DNA of 64,000 bases from an uncultured Acidobacteriaceae bacterium (GTDB lineage: Bacteria; Acidobacteriota; Terriglobia; Terriglobales; Acidobacteriaceae), in contig CAVRYC010000006.1 in the NCBI GenBank assembly GCA_963725245.1, positions 3,347-67,346 on the forward strand, given 5' to 3'. The stretch's first letter is position 1, and every line of letters begins with the position of its first letter. Below the pieces are notes generated by a model. The model made no database searches. It saw only the letters and a program-made list of their open reading frames with translations, and was not told the origin of the DNA. This document shows positions 61,925 through 64,000 of this stretch, piece after piece. The translations under genes were made by a program, and so were the position numbers.

Positions 61925-63106
61925 AGATCAAGCTGACTTTTTGGAGAGTCGTATTCATTGTGATCATGGGCCTGGGCCTGTACTCCTCATTTATTCGCTA
62001 TTTCCGTGGCTTGGGCGCGGTTTCAAACATGACGGACCAGTTTCCCTGGGGCCTCTGGATCGGCTTCGACTGCCTGTGCGGGGTCATGCTGGCGGCGGGC
62101 GGCTTCTGCATGGTTGGCGCGGTTTACCTGTTCAACGTCGAGCGCCTGCACAGCGTTGTGCGCCCGGCGGTGTTGACGGCGTTCCTGGGCTATGTACTTT
62201 TCATCGTTGGACTGTTGTTCGACCTGGGCCGTCCCTGGTACATCTGGCATCAGCTCATCTACATGAACCCGCACTCGGTCATGTTCGAGGTGGGCATGTG
62301 CGTGATGACCTACACCACTGTGCTCTTCTTCGAATTCCTTCCCAACGTATTCGAGCGCTTCAATCTGAAGACTCCGATCAAGTGGATTAAGAAGATCTAC
62401 CCGGTGCTGATCGTCTTGGGCATCCTGCTCTCCACCCTGCACCAGAGTTCGCTCGGATCGCTCTATCTGATCATGCCGAGCAAGCTGCATCCCTTCTGGT
62501 ACACGCCGGCGCTGCCGTTCTTCTTCTTTGGCTCGGCGATTGCGGTTGGTTTGGCGATGACGATCTTCGAGTCCACGCAGAGCGCGAAGGCCTTCGGCCG
62601 TCACCTTGAACTTCCGGTTCTGGTCGAACTGGGCGGCGCCTTGCTGGTTGCTCTCTGGGTCAATGCCCTGCTGCGCTTCGAGGACTTACTTCCATCGCGG
62701 CCTGCTGGGACAGATCTTTAAGCCCAGCTACGAAGCGTACTTTCTGTGGCTCGAACTGGCGCTGGCCTTCGTGATTCCCATCACCATGCTCAGCTTCAAG
62801 AAGGTCAGGCTGTCGCCACAGTGGCTTGTATCTGGCCTCGATCTGTACCGTGCTCGGATTCATCACCAACCGCCTCAATATCAGCGCTCATCGGCTTTGA
62901 GACTTACGTCGGGCATCACTACATGCCGAAGTGGACGGAGTTCTCCGATGACCCTCATGATTATCGCGATGGGCTTCGCCCTGTTCGGGTTGGCAGTGAA
63001 GTACCTGCCTATCTTTCCCGAAGAACGACATCCAGTGAAGCCGCGTCTCCGAACCGAAACCGCGCCCGTGGTTGCTACGCCGGTATTAGGCCATGCGGGA
63101 GACTGA
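61921..63106 (+). CDS. NrfD/HybB-family integral membrane subunit (quinone-interacting), about 3 apparent frameshifts
   Basis: ATGA overlap with the preceding gene. Multiple TM helices. FPWGLWIGFDCLCGVMLAAGGF, GRPWYIWH, LHQSSLGSLYL. Pieces in ORFs 61921-, 62606- and 62746-. Confidence 0.7.
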
Positions 63107-64000
63107 GCCAATTCGCGGCGAGCTGGGATGGAAGCGGCTGACTCACAGCATCAGCGCAAAGTTGATCGGGTCTCTGTTGGCGGTCATGGTCGTCGATCTT
63201 CGCCCTTCTCGGATACTTGAATATCCGATTGCATCGCCAGCACCTGGAAGCAGCCACGCTGGCCAGCGCCGAGCGGGTCAGCGATGTAATCAAGCGCAGC
63301 ACCACCTACTACATGCTGCGCAACGATCGCGAGGGACTCTACCACGCGATCCAAACCATGGCGGACGAGCCCGGCATGGTCAAGGTGCGCATCCTTGACC
63401 AGGAGGGGCGGATCAGCTACTCCACCGATCCAGCGGAAGTCAGCCACGTTCTCGACAAGACGGCGGAGGCCTGCTACGGCTGCCACACTCAATCGCAGCC
63501 GCTGGCGCGCCTGAATCGCCCCGACCGCTTTCGCATTTATCGCAATGGCGGGCAGCGCGTGCTGGGAATTATCACTCCCATCGAAAATCAACCCAGCTGC
63601 TCGAACGCCGACTGCCACGCGCATCCTGCCAGCCAGCAGGTTCTGGGCGTGCTGGACACCAATCTTTCGCTGGCAAAAGCCGACGCGCAACTCGCTGTCA
63701 GCAGCGCCCGCATGCTGTATTACACCGCCGGGAGCAATGCTGATGGTGGCGGTATTGAGCTGGTTATTCGTGTGGCGAGTGGTCGGCAAACCCATCAAGG
63801 CGCTCAAGAATGGCACGGAACATCTTGCCCGAGGAGAGCTTGGTTACCAGATCGAAGTGCGATCCCAGGACGAAGTCGGCGACCTGGCGCATTCCTTCAA
63901 CGACATGAGCCTGCAGTTGCGCGCGGCGAATGAAGAAATCGTCACCTGGGCAAAGACCCTCGAAGATCGGGTCGAGCAGAAGACGAAGGAACTCAATCGC
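63093..64000 (+). CDS. sensor histidine kinase with a periplasmic domain carrying CxxCH and Cx4CH motifs, plus HAMP; partial at the window end; 2 apparent frameshifts
   Basis: TM1 LIGSLLAVMVV. Periplasmic AEACYGCHTQ and CSNADCHAH. After the frame change: TM2 and HAMP (VVGKPIKALKNGTEHLARGELGYQIEVRSQDEVGDLAHSFNDM). Confidence 0.7.

Overview
GC-rich bacterial chromosomal segment. Gene content and the intergenic repeat families suggest an Acidobacteriota (Terriglobia-like) genome; this is inference, since no search was possible. I can support about 55 protein genes and found no rRNA, tRNA or CRISPR array.

Gene content:
- Housekeeping: mutS, ftsY, ribD, ribE, nadE, asnA, mobA.
- Envelope: nagZ-anmK, a secretin, PilD, an OmpA-like lipoprotein, an MlaF-like ATPase.
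- Signalling: an HD-GYP protein, a PilZ protein, two sensor kinases, a kinase-like protein lacking the ATPase domain, and one FNR/CRP-type regulator.
- Acetyl-CoA / 2-oxoacid metabolism, heavily concentrated here: xfp-ackA, a Pat-type acetyltransferase, PFOR with a DHODH-like partner, a CoA-transferase, and a four-subunit 2-oxoacid:ferredoxin oxidoreductase.
- The window ends in a cytochrome c / FeS / NrfD-like membrane module followed by a sensor kinase with CxxCH motifs.

Main observations:
1. Roughly fifty reading-frame breaks, including in essential genes. These look like consensus indel errors rather than biology.
2. Several families of intergenic hairpin elements, many built from inverted arrays of degenerate 7-nt words, plus a two-hairpin element with compensatory substitutions.
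3. An intact IS256-family element with a 9-bp target duplication, splitting a small two-gene module (DUF5678-like gene plus retropepsin-like protease) inside a low-GC islet.
4. Perfect or near-perfect TGTGA-N6-TCACA palindromes upstream of the FNR/CRP-like gene, PFOR, the CoA-transferase/2-oxoacid oxidoreductase cluster and the cytochrome module, suggesting one regulon.
5. Small low-GC islets at about 3.3-4.3 kb, 21.5-24.0 kb and 57.45-58.75 kb, the last carrying a NucS-like PDDEXK nuclease.

All family assignments come from reading the translated ORFs and recognising motifs. None has been checked against a database.
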